IMG/VR virus record: IMGVR_UViG_3300032020_000845
Span: 32,001 to 96,000 of that record
DNA from: a virus
Length of the DNA: 64,000 bases
Strand: one strand, 5' to 3'
Under the pieces are notes generated by a model. That model was not told where the DNA came from. It saw only the letters and a list, made by a program, of their open reading frames with translations, and made no database searches. The position numbers and the translations under genes were made by a program. Below, in pieces: positions 19,097-28,967 of the stretch. Numbering within the stretch: the first letter of the stretch is position 1; each line of letters begins with the position of its first letter.

Positions 19097-21613
19097 ATGA
19101 GTTGTAATAAGTGTTCTTTATTTAAAAATTGTAAACATCCTTGTGTTCAAGGCGTTGGTTCTATTCCTGCAAATATAATGTTAATTGGAGAGGCCCCGGG
19201 CGAAGAAGAAGACAAGAGAGGCACTCCTTTTATCGGACTTGCAGGTAAACGCCTTGATATTATTTTGAAGGAGGCTGGATTACATAGAAATGATTTATAC
19301 ATAAGTAATTTGGTAAAATGCAGACCTCCTAATAATAGAGACCCAGAACCTGAAGAAATAAAAGCTTGTTCTCCCTATCTCGAAAAAGAAATTAAAGAAG
19401 TAAAACCTAAAATTATTGTTCCTTTGGGAGACCCTGCTCTTCAATATATATTAGGTCTTGAATTAATTACAAAATATGCTGGAACAAGGTATTGGAGTGA
19501 AAAATATAATTGTTGGGTAATGCCTACTTTTCATCCCGCTTATATTTGTAGAATTTTGGGAATGCAGGGAGTAATGGTTGATCATTTAAAGAATGTTTTA
19601 GAATGGTTAAGAAATCCGGTAGAACCAGATCCTCCTAAATATGTTATTGTAAACACAATAGAAAAAGCTAAAACTCTTTTTGAGAGATTAAATAGTGTTG
19701 ATGCTTTTTCTTTTGATTTAGAAACAAGTGGTTTAAATTCTCGAAAGTATAAAATTTTATGTTGCAGTTTTTCTTGGAAGGAAGGAACCGGAGTTGTCCT
19801 TCCTATATTACAACAACATTGTGGAGAGTTTTGGGGATTAGAAGAAAAAAAATGGATAATGGAACAATTAAAAAAAGTATTAGAAAGCAACATTGGTAAA
19901 ATTGGACAGAATTTATCCTTTGATATTCAATTTTTAAAAACTTATGGAATTGAATTAAATAATTTTATGTCTGATACAATGCTCGCCCATCATCTTCTTG
20001 ATGAGAATGTGGGAAGGAAAGGACATGGATTAGACACTATGGTTCTTCGTTATTTTCCCCATATGGGAAAATATGATGAGAGACTATTAAAATATTTACC
20101 TACTAAAAATACTTCTTATGCAGTAATTCCAAATGATGTTCTTTGGAAATATTCTGCAACTGATGCTGACGCTACTTTTCGTTGTTATAAAAAGTTTAAC
20201 CCTGAACTTGAAAATCAAGGCCTTATGCCTTTGTTTACCAAAATTGTTATCCCTTTTCAAAAGGTTTTATTAGAAACTGAATATCATGGTGTAAAACTTG
20301 ATGTTAAACGTCTTAAAGAATTGGAAAAAGAATATTTAAAACGATTGAAAGAAATTGAAAAAGAATTTCGAACAACAAAAGTAGTTGGAATGGTAGAAAA
20401 AATATTATATAGTAAAGCAATAAATAAAATTGAAAAGCGGTATGATCTTTTGAAAACAAAGCCTAAAATGATAACTAAAGAAAAATATATACAAAAATAT
20501 ACAAAGCCTATTACATTTAATTTAAGATCGTCTCCGCATTTACAAATATTGTTATTTGATGTTCTTAAATTTAAACCTGTAAAAAAGACTAAAAAGGGGG
20601 GTCTTTCTACTGATAAAACTGTTTTGGATGAATTGTCAGAGATGTCTCCGGAATTAACTAAATTAAAAGAACATAGAGATTTAAGTAAACTTTATAGTAC
20701 TTATGTAGTAGGAATGCTTGAGAGGGTAGATGAAAATGAAAGAATTCATACGGATTATCATGTGGATGGTACTGTAACGGGTAGACTTTCAAGTACAAAT
20801 CCAAATCTTCAGAATATTCCGCGTGATAGTGATATTAAAGAATGTTTTATTGCTTCTCCTGGGTGTGTGTTAATAGAAATTGATTCAAAACAAGCTGAAT
20901 ATAGATGTTGGGCTCATTATTCTAATGATCCAAAAATGATTGCAACAATTAAGTCTGGAGTAGATGTTCATAACCAGATGGCTTCAGAGTGTTTTGGTAA
21001 GAAAATAGAAGAAGTTACAAAAGAAGAAAGACAAAAAGCGAAGGGGTCCGTTTTTGGGTTAATGTTTGGAAGAGGCTCTAAAAGTCTTGCAGCAGAACAC
21101 GAAATGACTGAAGAAGAAGCAGAACATATTAGGAGTGTGTTTTTTGATCGTTATCCTAAGGCAAAAGATTGGATATATGGAATTAAAAAAGTGGCCCAAA
21201 CCTATGGTAAAGTAACTAATGCTTTTGGACGAATTAGAAGACTTCCTGCAGCTCAAATTCCTTGGAGTGAGGATATGGAAAAACATGACAGAAAGGATAG
21301 AAGCGAAGCAATGCGCCAAGCTGTCAACTCTCCAATCCAATCGATGGCGTCTGATATTACTGCTTTAACTGCTTATCGTATATATAAAAAATTAAAACAA
21401 ATAAATAGTAAAACAAAATTAGTCCTTACTGTACATGATTCTTTAGTTTATGAAGTTCTGAAAGAAGAAAAAGATATTTTTATTCAAATAGTAAAGGAAG
21501 CCGTCTCTCGTAGTTATAATACATTAAGTGGCCCTATCAAAGTTCCAATAGAATTTGATATTACTATCGGAGAAAGATGGAGAAAATTGGTAGAATTAAG
21601 CAAATATGTATAA
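19097..21613 (+). CDS. polA: family A DNA polymerase with N-terminal family-4 uracil-DNA-glycosylase-like domain and 3'-5' exonuclease
   Basis: GEAPG, KCRPPNNRDP and HPAY (UDG4 with Fe-S cysteines); FDLETSG exonuclease I; TGRLSSTNPNLQNIP; VHDS motif C. Confidence 0.95.
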   Translation: MSCNKCSLFKNCKHPCVQGVGSIPANIMLIGEAPGEEEDKRGTPFIGLAGKRLDIILKEAGLHRNDLYISNLVKCRPPNNRDPEPEEIKACSPYLEKEIKEVKPKIIVPLGDPALQYILGLELITKYAGTRYWSEKYNCWVMPTFHPAYICRILGMQGVMVDHLKNVLEWLRNPVEPDPPKYVIVNTIEKAKTLFERLNSVDAFSFDLETSGLNSRKYKILCCSFSWKEGTGVVLPILQQHCGEFWGLEEKKWIMEQLKKVLESNIGKIGQNLSFDIQFLKTYGIELNNFMSDTMLAHHLLDENVGRKGHGLDTMVLRYFPHMGKYDERLLKYLPTKNTSYAVIPNDVLWKYSATDADATFRCYKKFNPELENQGLMPLFTKIVIPFQKVLLETEYHGVKLDVKRLKELEKEYLKRLKEIEKEFRTTKVVGMVEKILYSKAINKIEKRYDLLKTKPKMITKEKYIQKYTKPITFNLRSSPHLQILLFDVLKFKPVKKTKKGGLSTDKTVLDELSEMSPELTKLKEHRDLSKLYSTYVVGMLERVDENERIHTDYHVDGTVTGRLSSTNPNLQNIPRDSDIKECFIASPGCVLIEIDSKQAEYRCWAHYSNDPKMIATIKSGVDVHNQMASECFGKKIEEVTKEERQKAKGSVFGLMFGRGSKSLAAEHEMTEEEAEHIRSVFFDRYPKAKDWIYGIKKVAQTYGKVTNAFGRIRRLPAAQIPWSEDMEKHDRKDRSEAMRQAVNSPIQSMASDITALTAYRIYKKLKQINSKTKLVLTVHDSLVYEVLKEEKDIFIQIVKEAVSRSYNTLSGPIKVPIEFDITIGERWRKLVELSKYV

Positions 21614-21923
21614 CTGGAAAATTTTTGTTTGAATTAATGGAGGTAAAGTGAAATATATACAACATAATCCACAATTTATTAATGGCTACCCAGCTCCTTG
21701 TGAGGTTAATGGCCAAGATGTTATCAGTTCTCCAGTTTCTGTTCCGGTATGGGAGACAGTTTACAGGGACGGGGGGATTATAGATTTACCATCTGATGAG
21801 GTTTTTAAAAATTATCCTCGCACACGAAAGAGGATTAAGGTTTTTGATGGTTATAGATGTTTAGGTTGTGGAATAATTATTAAATAATGTTGGGAAAAAT
21901 TTATTAACATTTTTAAAATTTAA

Positions 21924-21940
21924 GTGTATATTATATTAAA
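21924..21940 (+). promoter_or_regulatory. putative promoter motif copy 2
   Basis: GTGTATATTATATTAAA just upstream of the AGGAGGT RBS. Confidence 0.5.
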
Positions 21941-21963
21941 CGTAAAGTTAAGGAGGTAAAGTT

Positions 21964-23052
21964 ATGTATAACGAGTTAAGTTTTGCCACAGAAAAGGAAC
22001 ATGTAGCTGTAAAAGACATGTCTGAGGCTTTTAAAGCAGTTGAAGAGTTCAAAGCATTCCCTCAAAAAACTTCCCTTTCCGATGTTCAAGTTTCATTAAA
22101 TGGCGGAGCTAATTTAACCGTCGGTAGTGATTCCAGAAAAATGACACAATGGAGTCTTCAGTCTCTTTGTAGGATTTTAGGAATTCCCGATCCCTTTGCT
22201 CGTAAGATTCCAGTTGATTTATTACAGGAAAATATTTCTCGGTTGCTTCGAGAAAAATCGGAGGGAGTTGTCTCTCTTCTTGTTGGAAAAGAAAATGAAG
22301 TTGTTAATATTGTTTGTGCAGCTTATAAACCTTTTTATAATGAAACCTTTTTGAGTAAGATTAGTGAGCTTTTTAAAGACAAGCCGGTTGAATGGGAATC
22401 GATGAGAATTGGTCCTCGTGGTTTTGACCTTAATGTAATTGATCCGTCAATGAAACCATTGGAACCGCAAGTTGGAGATATTACTAAAATTGGTTTTCAA
22501 ATTATGAATTCTGATACTGGATTTCGTGATGCTGTTGCTAATCTTTATCTTTTCAGACTTACTTGTGTAAATGGAGCTACTTTGACTGAGGATTGGGGAG
22601 TTGTGCGAAGGAGAGCAAATAGAAACATTTCTCTTGATAAAGATTTTGGTTATTTTATGGATGGTGTTAAGCATTTAAAAGCTAACTTTGGAAGATTAGG
22701 TAAAGTGTATAATAAGATGCCTGAAACTAATTTGACAGATTTTCAAGTAGAGAGTGTTTGGAAAGCAACCAATCGTATTGCGGGACCAGAACAAGCGGAC
22801 GCAGTTATTGAGAAAGATGAAAATGGAAGGAAAGCTATTATACATTCGGTTACTGCAAAAAGAGCTCATAATAGACAATTGTTTGTTGAAGAACTTAAAG
22901 AACCTTCTCCTACTGATGTAAATTCTTATGGCACTTATAACAGAATAACTGATGCTAGTAAACAATATAAGTGGCAGCAAGCTCTTCAATTACAAAGAAT
23001 TGGTGGTAGAATAATATCGATGCTTACTGAACAATTTATGAGTAATAATTAG
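21964..23052 (+). CDS. DUF932-like protein
   Basis: NSDTG...FRLTCVNGA motif. Confidence 0.6.
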   Translation: MYNELSFATEKEHVAVKDMSEAFKAVEEFKAFPQKTSLSDVQVSLNGGANLTVGSDSRKMTQWSLQSLCRILGIPDPFARKIPVDLLQENISRLLREKSEGVVSLLVGKENEVVNIVCAAYKPFYNETFLSKISELFKDKPVEWESMRIGPRGFDLNVIDPSMKPLEPQVGDITKIGFQIMNSDTGFRDAVANLYLFRLTCVNGATLTEDWGVVRRRANRNISLDKDFGYFMDGVKHLKANFGRLGKVYNKMPETNLTDFQVESVWKATNRIAGPEQADAVIEKDENGRKAIIHSVTAKRAHNRQLFVEELKEPSPTDVNSYGTYNRITDASKQYKWQQALQLQRIGGRIISMLTEQFMSNN

Positions 23053-23070
23053 CACATACCTCCTAAATTT

Positions 23071-23088
23071 TGTGTATAATATATTATA
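23071..23088 (+). promoter_or_regulatory. putative promoter motif copy 3
   Basis: TGTGTATAATATATTA upstream of the GAGGAGGT RBS. Confidence 0.55.
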
Positions 23089-23103
23089 AAGAGGAGGTAT
23101 AGT

Positions 23104-23646
23104 ATGGCAGAAAAGGTTTTAGCTAAAGATGCTGAGATAAATAGTGTCTATTTGACACGCGGAGGTAAACAGGTAGATGCTAAAGGGAAAGAGAGTTTAT
23201 GGGGATTTCATCCTGTGCGTGTCCTTCGCAAAGAATTTCAAAAGGATGAAATTATAAAAGTGGCAGTTCTTACTCCTTGGGATACTGAATTGCCATTAGA
23301 CCCTAATTATCCGTTAGAGGTAACAGATTTGCAAACGTTACCAGCTGAAAGTACTTCTATATTGACAGATCGTAAAGTTTCTTTTGATGATGAAGCTCCT
23401 CCAGAATATATTGAGAAGTTAAAAACTACAAAGAAGGAAGAACAGGTTCGTGAAGATCCACACAAAGACAATAAAAGTATAGTTGTTGAAGAATTGAAAA
23501 AGGGAACGCCTCTGAAACAGATTGTGGAAAAGGTAGAAGGAATGGATTATCACGCTGTTTATAGTTATGTTTCGCAATTGAAAAAGAACGGAGTATACAA
23601 AATTCAAAAAGTTGGAAAGGGAATATTTAAAATAGTGGAGGGATAA
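23104..23646 (+). CDS. hypothetical protein with C-terminal winged-HTH-like segment
   Basis: LKQIVEKVEGMDYHAVYSYVSQLKKNG. Confidence 0.5.
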   Translation: MAEKVLAKDAEINSVYLTRGGKQVDAKGKESLWGFHPVRVLRKEFQKDEIIKVAVLTPWDTELPLDPNYPLEVTDLQTLPAESTSILTDRKVSFDDEAPPEYIEKLKTTKKEEQVREDPHKDNKSIVVEELKKGTPLKQIVEKVEGMDYHAVYSYVSQLKKNGVYKIQKVGKGIFKIVEG

Positions 23647-23766
23647 AGATGACGTGTCCAAAGTGTGGATCTAAAATGACTCAAGGTTCAAGTCACGCCG
23701 ATTATGGACATTCTCAATGGGAATGTCATAATTGTGGATATTGCGAAGTAATTACGGAGGAATAAA

Positions 23767-24078
23767 ATGAGCGTTCTTATTATGAGATATAAAAATCAAA
23801 AGGAAAAGGAATGTATAAAGATTTCTGGAGTAGACTTTGGTAGTTATTTGGAAATAGTGGAAGAAAATCGAAAATTTATTTTGTGTAAGAGATCTGGTTA
23901 CTTGGGTTGGATAGGTATAGGAATGCAACATTATTATCCGCCAAAGTTTTTATTATTTGAGAAAGAGATGGTGCAGGATACTGTGAAAGATTGTTTAGGA
24001 AGAAGTTTCAAATATAATCGAAAAACAAAAAAGCAAGTTATGAAAAAAGCTATGAAAGCTTTGAAAGAAGGAGAATAA
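23767..24078 (+). CDS. hypothetical protein
   Basis: ORF with GGAGG RBS. Confidence 0.55.
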   Translation: MSVLIMRYKNQKEKECIKISGVDFGSYLEIVEENRKFILCKRSGYLGWIGIGMQHYYPPKFLLFEKEMVQDTVKDCLGRSFKYNRKTKKQVMKKAMKALKEGE

Positions 24079-24094
24079 ATTTAGGAGGAAATAC

Positions 24095-24625
24095 ATGAAA
24101 ATTCTATTAGTAGGATCTCACGGAACTGGAAAATCTACTTTAGCAAAAGAAATTCAAAGAGTTTTTCCACCTCCTTTTTATATTATTGATAATATTCATC
24201 GTGATGCAAAAGCGAATGGATTTGAAATAAACAAAACTGATGATGTAATTAGCCAAATAGAAACGGTTCGAAGATATCTGCGAGAAATAGGAGTAAAGGA
24301 TAATTTTGTTTCTGTAGATAGTATAATACGACAAACCGCATATGCAATATGTAATAATTTACCCGAACCTGTTATTGGTTTAATGAAAGAGTTATGCTAT
24401 GTTGAAAGAGCTTATTTTGCAAATATTATTTTCTATTTTCCAATAGATTTTTCTTTAGTGAAAGATGGTATTAGAGATGAAGATATTGAGTTTCAAAAAA
24501 AGATTGATGTTGAGATTGTAAATTTGTTGAACATTTATTATTGGAATATGTGTCATACAGTAACAGGAACAGTTTCACAACGAAGTGATAAAGTTGTTAA
24601 AATACTTGAACTTTGTAAGAGGTAG
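24095..24625 (+). CDS. P-loop nucleotide/nucleoside kinase-like protein (AAA_28/NadR-like)
   Basis: GSHGTGKST Walker A; DGIRDED..FQKKID. Confidence 0.75.
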   Translation: MKILLVGSHGTGKSTLAKEIQRVFPPPFYIIDNIHRDAKANGFEINKTDDVISQIETVRRYLREIGVKDNFVSVDSIIRQTAYAICNNLPEPVIGLMKELCYVERAYFANIIFYFPIDFSLVKDGIRDEDIEFQKKIDVEIVNLLNIYYWNMCHTVTGTVSQRSDKVVKILELCKR

Positions 24626-25444
24626 ATGCAAGTGAAAGTTTGTCATATTGTTCCAACAAGTTATATTGAAGTTTGTAATCGAAACTCCTTTATGCATCTT
24701 TTAATTGCTCAAGAAGTTTTGAACAACGAAAAATATAGAGAAGCATATTTGGATAGAAGTTTGAAAGGGGATTTTCTTATAATGGATAATGGGGCATTTG
24801 AATATGGAGATGCTGCTTCTCTTGGAGATATTATTAAAGCTACAGAATTAGTTCAAGCACGTGAATTAGTTTTACCTGATTGTTATCTTGATGGAGGAGT
24901 AACTACTGTAAGAGTTATCAACGCTTTGAAAGCATTAATGAAATATAAATTATTAGAAAAGTTTAAAGAACCAATTTATTTAATGGCTGTTCCTCAGGGA
25001 AAAACAGAAAAGGAATATATGAAATGTTTTTCGGAAATATTGTCTATTGATGAAATTGCCACTATTGGATTTTCATATGGAGCAATAGGTAAATCATTTG
25101 AAGGATATAATCTCCCTCAATGTCTTTTAAGACCAATGGCGATTAGTTACTTAAATCAACATTTTGATTTAAAAAATTCAGGCAAAGATTTTCATTGTTT
25201 AGGTATTGGAGGACATCCTATTGAGATTAACTTTTTGAAACGTTTTGGATTTATTAGAAGTGTTGATTCTTCAAAAGCATTTGTATGTGCTGTAAAAGGG
25301 ATTGATATTACTAAAGTTTTACCAGCTCATTATATCTCTCCTGAAAGACCTGCAGATTACTTTGATATTCAGGTTTCAGAAAATATTGTAACACTTGCTT
25401 TGAAAAATATAAAAACGATGGAAAAGTATAATAATGAGGAGTAA
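24626..25444 (+). CDS. tRNA-guanine-transglycosylase-fold (DpdA-like) protein
   Basis: IMDNGAFE, LPD, AVPQG, HCLG and RSVDSS in TGT-barrel order; a que cluster is in the same window. Confidence 0.68.
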   Translation: MQVKVCHIVPTSYIEVCNRNSFMHLLIAQEVLNNEKYREAYLDRSLKGDFLIMDNGAFEYGDAASLGDIIKATELVQARELVLPDCYLDGGVTTVRVINALKALMKYKLLEKFKEPIYLMAVPQGKTEKEYMKCFSEILSIDEIATIGFSYGAIGKSFEGYNLPQCLLRPMAISYLNQHFDLKNSGKDFHCLGIGGHPIEINFLKRFGFIRSVDSSKAFVCAVKGIDITKVLPAHYISPERPADYFDIQVSENIVTLALKNIKTMEKYNNEE

Positions 25445-25671
25445 AAATGAGTAAAGTACAAATAGAAGCAAAACATAGACCAGCTTGTATTTATTGTGGT
25501 AAAAGAACAGATTTATTAATGTCAGCACATCGGAATGAAGTTGGTAATATGGTTGGGTGGATATTTGTGTGTGAAGAAGATTTCGAAAAGGTAGCTGGTC
25601 AAGATATAGTTATTGAATTTAATAAAGATAAGGGAACAAGAGTAGTGTAAAGTAAATATTAGGAGATAAAA

Positions 25672-26706
25672 ATGACAAAAAAAGGGAAAAGTGAAATTCC
25701 TACTGATCCAAATGAATTTAAGGAATATATCAGAAAAAAGTATAAAGATAAAATAAGAAACTTAGAATCTACTAGTAAAACGGAAAAAGCTTATTCTACT
25801 GGAATTATTACTGTTGACATTGCTTCTGGTATTGGAGGATTTCCTCGGGGTAATATGATTGAAATTTTTGGTCCTGAAAGTAGTGGTAAAAGTCTTTTAG
25901 TTTTACAAGCAATGGGACACGCCCAAAAGAAATATAATAAACCTTCAGTTTATTTTGACCTTGAATATGGAACTCCGAAAGAGTGGATGAAAATTTATGG
26001 TATAAATACAGATATGATTGAAGCAGTTGGTCAAGTAAGCGCTGAAGAAGCTTTTGATATGGCGTTAGACTTCGTTTGTAGCGGCTTGTATGCCTATGTA
26101 GTCATTGATTCTGTTGTAGGATTAGTTCCCCAAGCAGAAATTGAAGGGACAATGGAAGATCAACAAATGGCTGCTCTTGCTCGTATAATGGGTAAAGGGT
26201 TACGGAAAATTGCTCCAGAATTGAATAAGACAGAAACTTGTTTAATTTTTGTGAATCAAGTAAGAGATGCTGTTGGAGTTATGTGGGGAGATCCAGAAAA
26301 AACTCCTGGTGGCAGAGCTTTAAAATTTTATGCTGCTCAACGATATAAAGTCAAAAAGATTTTGAAGTCGGATGTGAAAACTGGAGATTTACTTATTGGA
26401 CATAGTATTGATGTATGTGTTGTTAAAAATAAATTAGCTCCTCCAAAAAGACGTGGACAGTTTCCTATTCTTTATGAAAAAGGAGTTGACTTTGAATTAT
26501 TGCTTTTCGAAGAGGGTATTGGTAAAGGAGTAATACGTAGAGCCGGAAATAAGTATTCTCTTGTTGCAGATGAAAAGGTTAATGCAAATAGTAAAGATGC
26601 TTTTATTGAATTATTAAAGGATCCGGTGATGTATGATTTGGTGTATAATAAGATCTGGGAAAAGAGAAACGATATATTACAACAAAAGGATGTGGAGGAT
26701 TTTTAA
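25672..26706 (+). CDS. recA: RecA recombinase
   Basis: GIGGFPRG, GPESSGKS, VIDSV, FVNQVR, TPGGRALKFYA and VKNK motifs. Confidence 0.97.
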   Translation: MTKKGKSEIPTDPNEFKEYIRKKYKDKIRNLESTSKTEKAYSTGIITVDIASGIGGFPRGNMIEIFGPESSGKSLLVLQAMGHAQKKYNKPSVYFDLEYGTPKEWMKIYGINTDMIEAVGQVSAEEAFDMALDFVCSGLYAYVVIDSVVGLVPQAEIEGTMEDQQMAALARIMGKGLRKIAPELNKTETCLIFVNQVRDAVGVMWGDPEKTPGGRALKFYAAQRYKVKKILKSDVKTGDLLIGHSIDVCVVKNKLAPPKRRGQFPILYEKGVDFELLLFEEGIGKGVIRRAGNKYSLVADEKVNANSKDAFIELLKDPVMYDLVYNKIWEKRNDILQQKDVEDF

Positions 26707-27134
26707 ATATGAATAATTCAGTTCCTAATACTCAGGAATTAGAAAAAATTAGTTTTAGTGGATTTGTTTTTGTGGTGAGTGTTAATATGTGGGTTGTTAG
26801 ATTTTCTTCTGAAGATGAATGGACAGCAATTCCTCGAGATGTTTTAGAACCTAACAAATACTTAGAACAAATTATATCTTTTGAGACATTGATTGGAAGA
26901 CTTTTTATATCAGGATATAGAGGAACGGCGGAAATACTTTTGAAACAAATAGAAGATAGTAAAGAAAGAGATCATTACAAAGGTTAAAGGAGAAAGTAAA
27001 ATGAATTGGCCAAAAGCTTGTGCAAATATGGTTCTCATTGGTGGAGTAGTACTTGTTACTTTATTATTACATAATCCAAAATGTTTGTGGGCTCTTCTAT
27101 TTCTTATTATATGGAATTGATAAAGGAGGAACAA

Positions 27135-27524
27135 ATGTTTATTAAGAAGGATGTTACTCTTGAAAGATTAAAAGTAACTGTTCAAAAGGTGTTAACAGGA
27201 CACGTTTTAATGACTACAGAATTGGAATCATGTAGAAACGAAGTTATTAATGATTTGGTTTTTCGGTTAAAAGCAGAACTTATGGCAGAGAAATTAGAAG
27301 ATAGAAAGCAAACGGTTACTTTTGAGTTTCCGAAATCGTGGTGGCAACATTTTAAACAAGAATACTTTCCAAAATGGTTATTAAACAGATTTCCGGTTAA
27401 GCTCACATCTTGTGAGAAAACAGTTATATTTAAACGTTATGCAACTTATCCAGAACTTCCCGTAGTTTTTCCAGAGACTGGGAGAGTTGTTTTTAAAGAA
27501 TATGTAATTAAGAAGGAACAATAA
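27135..27524 (+). CDS. hypothetical protein
   Basis: ORF; start placed after AGGAGG. Confidence 0.55.
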   Translation: MFIKKDVTLERLKVTVQKVLTGHVLMTTELESCRNEVINDLVFRLKAELMAEKLEDRKQTVTFEFPKSWWQHFKQEYFPKWLLNRFPVKLTSCEKTVIFKRYATYPELPVVFPETGRVVFKEYVIKKEQ

Positions 27525-27818
27525 ATGTCTTTAAAAATTGTTAAAATTACTAAAGGATATGGACGTAGAATTGGAAGTACTTTTGCTTACCAATGTTTTT
27601 GGGATTTTCTCCCAACTATATTAGAGGCGGAAATTGAAATTGATTTGGATAAAGAAGAAGATAAAGAGAAACTAAAAAAAATTAGTGCTCAATTATTTCA
27701 GGCGGCAAGAGCTCTCACAAACGCTGATATAAAAGCAACTAAAGAGAAAGATATTGAGTTTGCTAAATCTTTGGAAAAAATATTAGAAAAGGTGAATAAT
27801 GATCAAAGCACAAGTTGA
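27525..27818 (+). CDS. hypothetical protein
   Basis: ORF abutting the upstream stop. Confidence 0.55.
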   Translation: MSLKIVKITKGYGRRIGSTFAYQCFWDFLPTILEAEIEIDLDKEEDKEKLKKISAQLFQAARALTNADIKATKEKDIEFAKSLEKILEKVNNDQSTS

Positions 27819-28374
27819 AAATATTCCTTGGCTTGCAGAATTAGAAGAATTGCAAGAAAGATTTGAAAAGATATCTCCTTTAAACTATTCTGAAATAAAA
27901 GAAGAATTGGATGGTTATGTTGTTAAATTAGACCCTGATCCAAGTTCAAAAGGTTTAGACAGTTTAAATAAAAAAATAGCTGATGTTGATAGTTTTATAA
28001 GTAGGGTTGTTACTATTTTAACTAATGCAATAGCTAATGAAAATAAATTTGAATCTTTTTTTAGTGATGTAGTTGTATTTTATAATAAACATTTGAGAAT
28101 TCAGTTAAGACAAAAAGAAGTTGCAGATCTTTCGAATCAAAAGTTGCAACAAGCGGCTGCTGAAGAAAGAATAGAAGATATTGGAAGACTTAAATATGCT
28201 GTTGAGAAAACTTTAAATGATGCAAAAACACACACGAAGATATGTAAAGAGAAATTGGATAATTTAGATAAAACAAATAAAAATATTTCACGTCAAATAA
28301 CTGTGATACAAACGCAGTTAGAGGTGGGAGAAATTCAAAGAAAAGTAAGTGGAAGATTTAAAGATAGTTTTTAG
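27799..28374 (+). CDS. coiled-coil hypothetical protein
   Basis: 191-aa helical ORF. Confidence 0.6.
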   Translation: MIKAQVENIPWLAELEELQERFEKISPLNYSEIKEELDGYVVKLDPDPSSKGLDSLNKKIADVDSFISRVVTILTNAIANENKFESFFSDVVVFYNKHLRIQLRQKEVADLSNQKLQQAAAEERIEDIGRLKYAVEKTLNDAKTHTKICKEKLDNLDKTNKNISRQITVIQTQLEVGEIQRKVSGRFKDSF

Positions 28375-28387
28375 AAAGGAGAAAAAG

Positions 28388-28726
28388 ATGGCAGTGAAGA
28401 GTAAGAAAGAAATTAAGGAATGTATTAAGAAGTTGAAATTACTCAGAACGGGTATTCCTCATCATGATATCTTTGGAGGTGATAATTGGAAGGACATCGA
28501 TATTAAAATTGGTGTTCTTGAAAAATGTATAGAAGTCTGTTGTGATTACGATGGGATTGAAGATAAACTTCATGATAAATTAGATGAAATCGATATGGAA
28601 GGCGGAGATTGTTTTGATAGTCCGTATGTAAAAGCTTACGATTGGATCCTCGGGAATACAGATGACGAGTTAGTTTCTGATGATGATATAAAGATATTTT
28701 GTAAGAATAAGAAGAAAAAGAAATAA
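28388..28726 (+). CDS. hypothetical protein
   Basis: ORF; start placed after AAGGAG. Confidence 0.55.
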   Translation: MAVKSKKEIKECIKKLKLLRTGIPHHDIFGGDNWKDIDIKIGVLEKCIEVCCDYDGIEDKLHDKLDEIDMEGGDCFDSPYVKAYDWILGNTDDELVSDDDIKIFCKNKKKKK

Positions 28727-28738
28727 GGAGGTAATGAA

Positions 28739-28954
28739 GTGAGAAAACAAAATGGTATAGTTTATTTAATTACTTTTATAATGGGAATATTGGGACAAGT
28801 AGTATTAAGATTTGTTTCAATTTGGGTATTTTGGAATTTAGTAGTAACTAAATTGTTTAAAGTTCCCTCTTTAAACATTCTTAATATTATATTAATACTC
28901 TTTGCTTGGTTTTTAGTTTCAATAAAATTAAATATTAACTTTAAGAAAAATTAA
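28739..28954 (+). CDS. small membrane protein
   Basis: two hydrophobic segments; AGGAGGT RBS. Confidence 0.55.
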   Translation: MRKQNGIVYLITFIMGILGQVVLRFVSIWVFWNLVVTKLFKVPSLNILNIILILFAWFLVSIKLNINFKKN

Positions 28955-28967
28955 AGGAGGTGTAATA

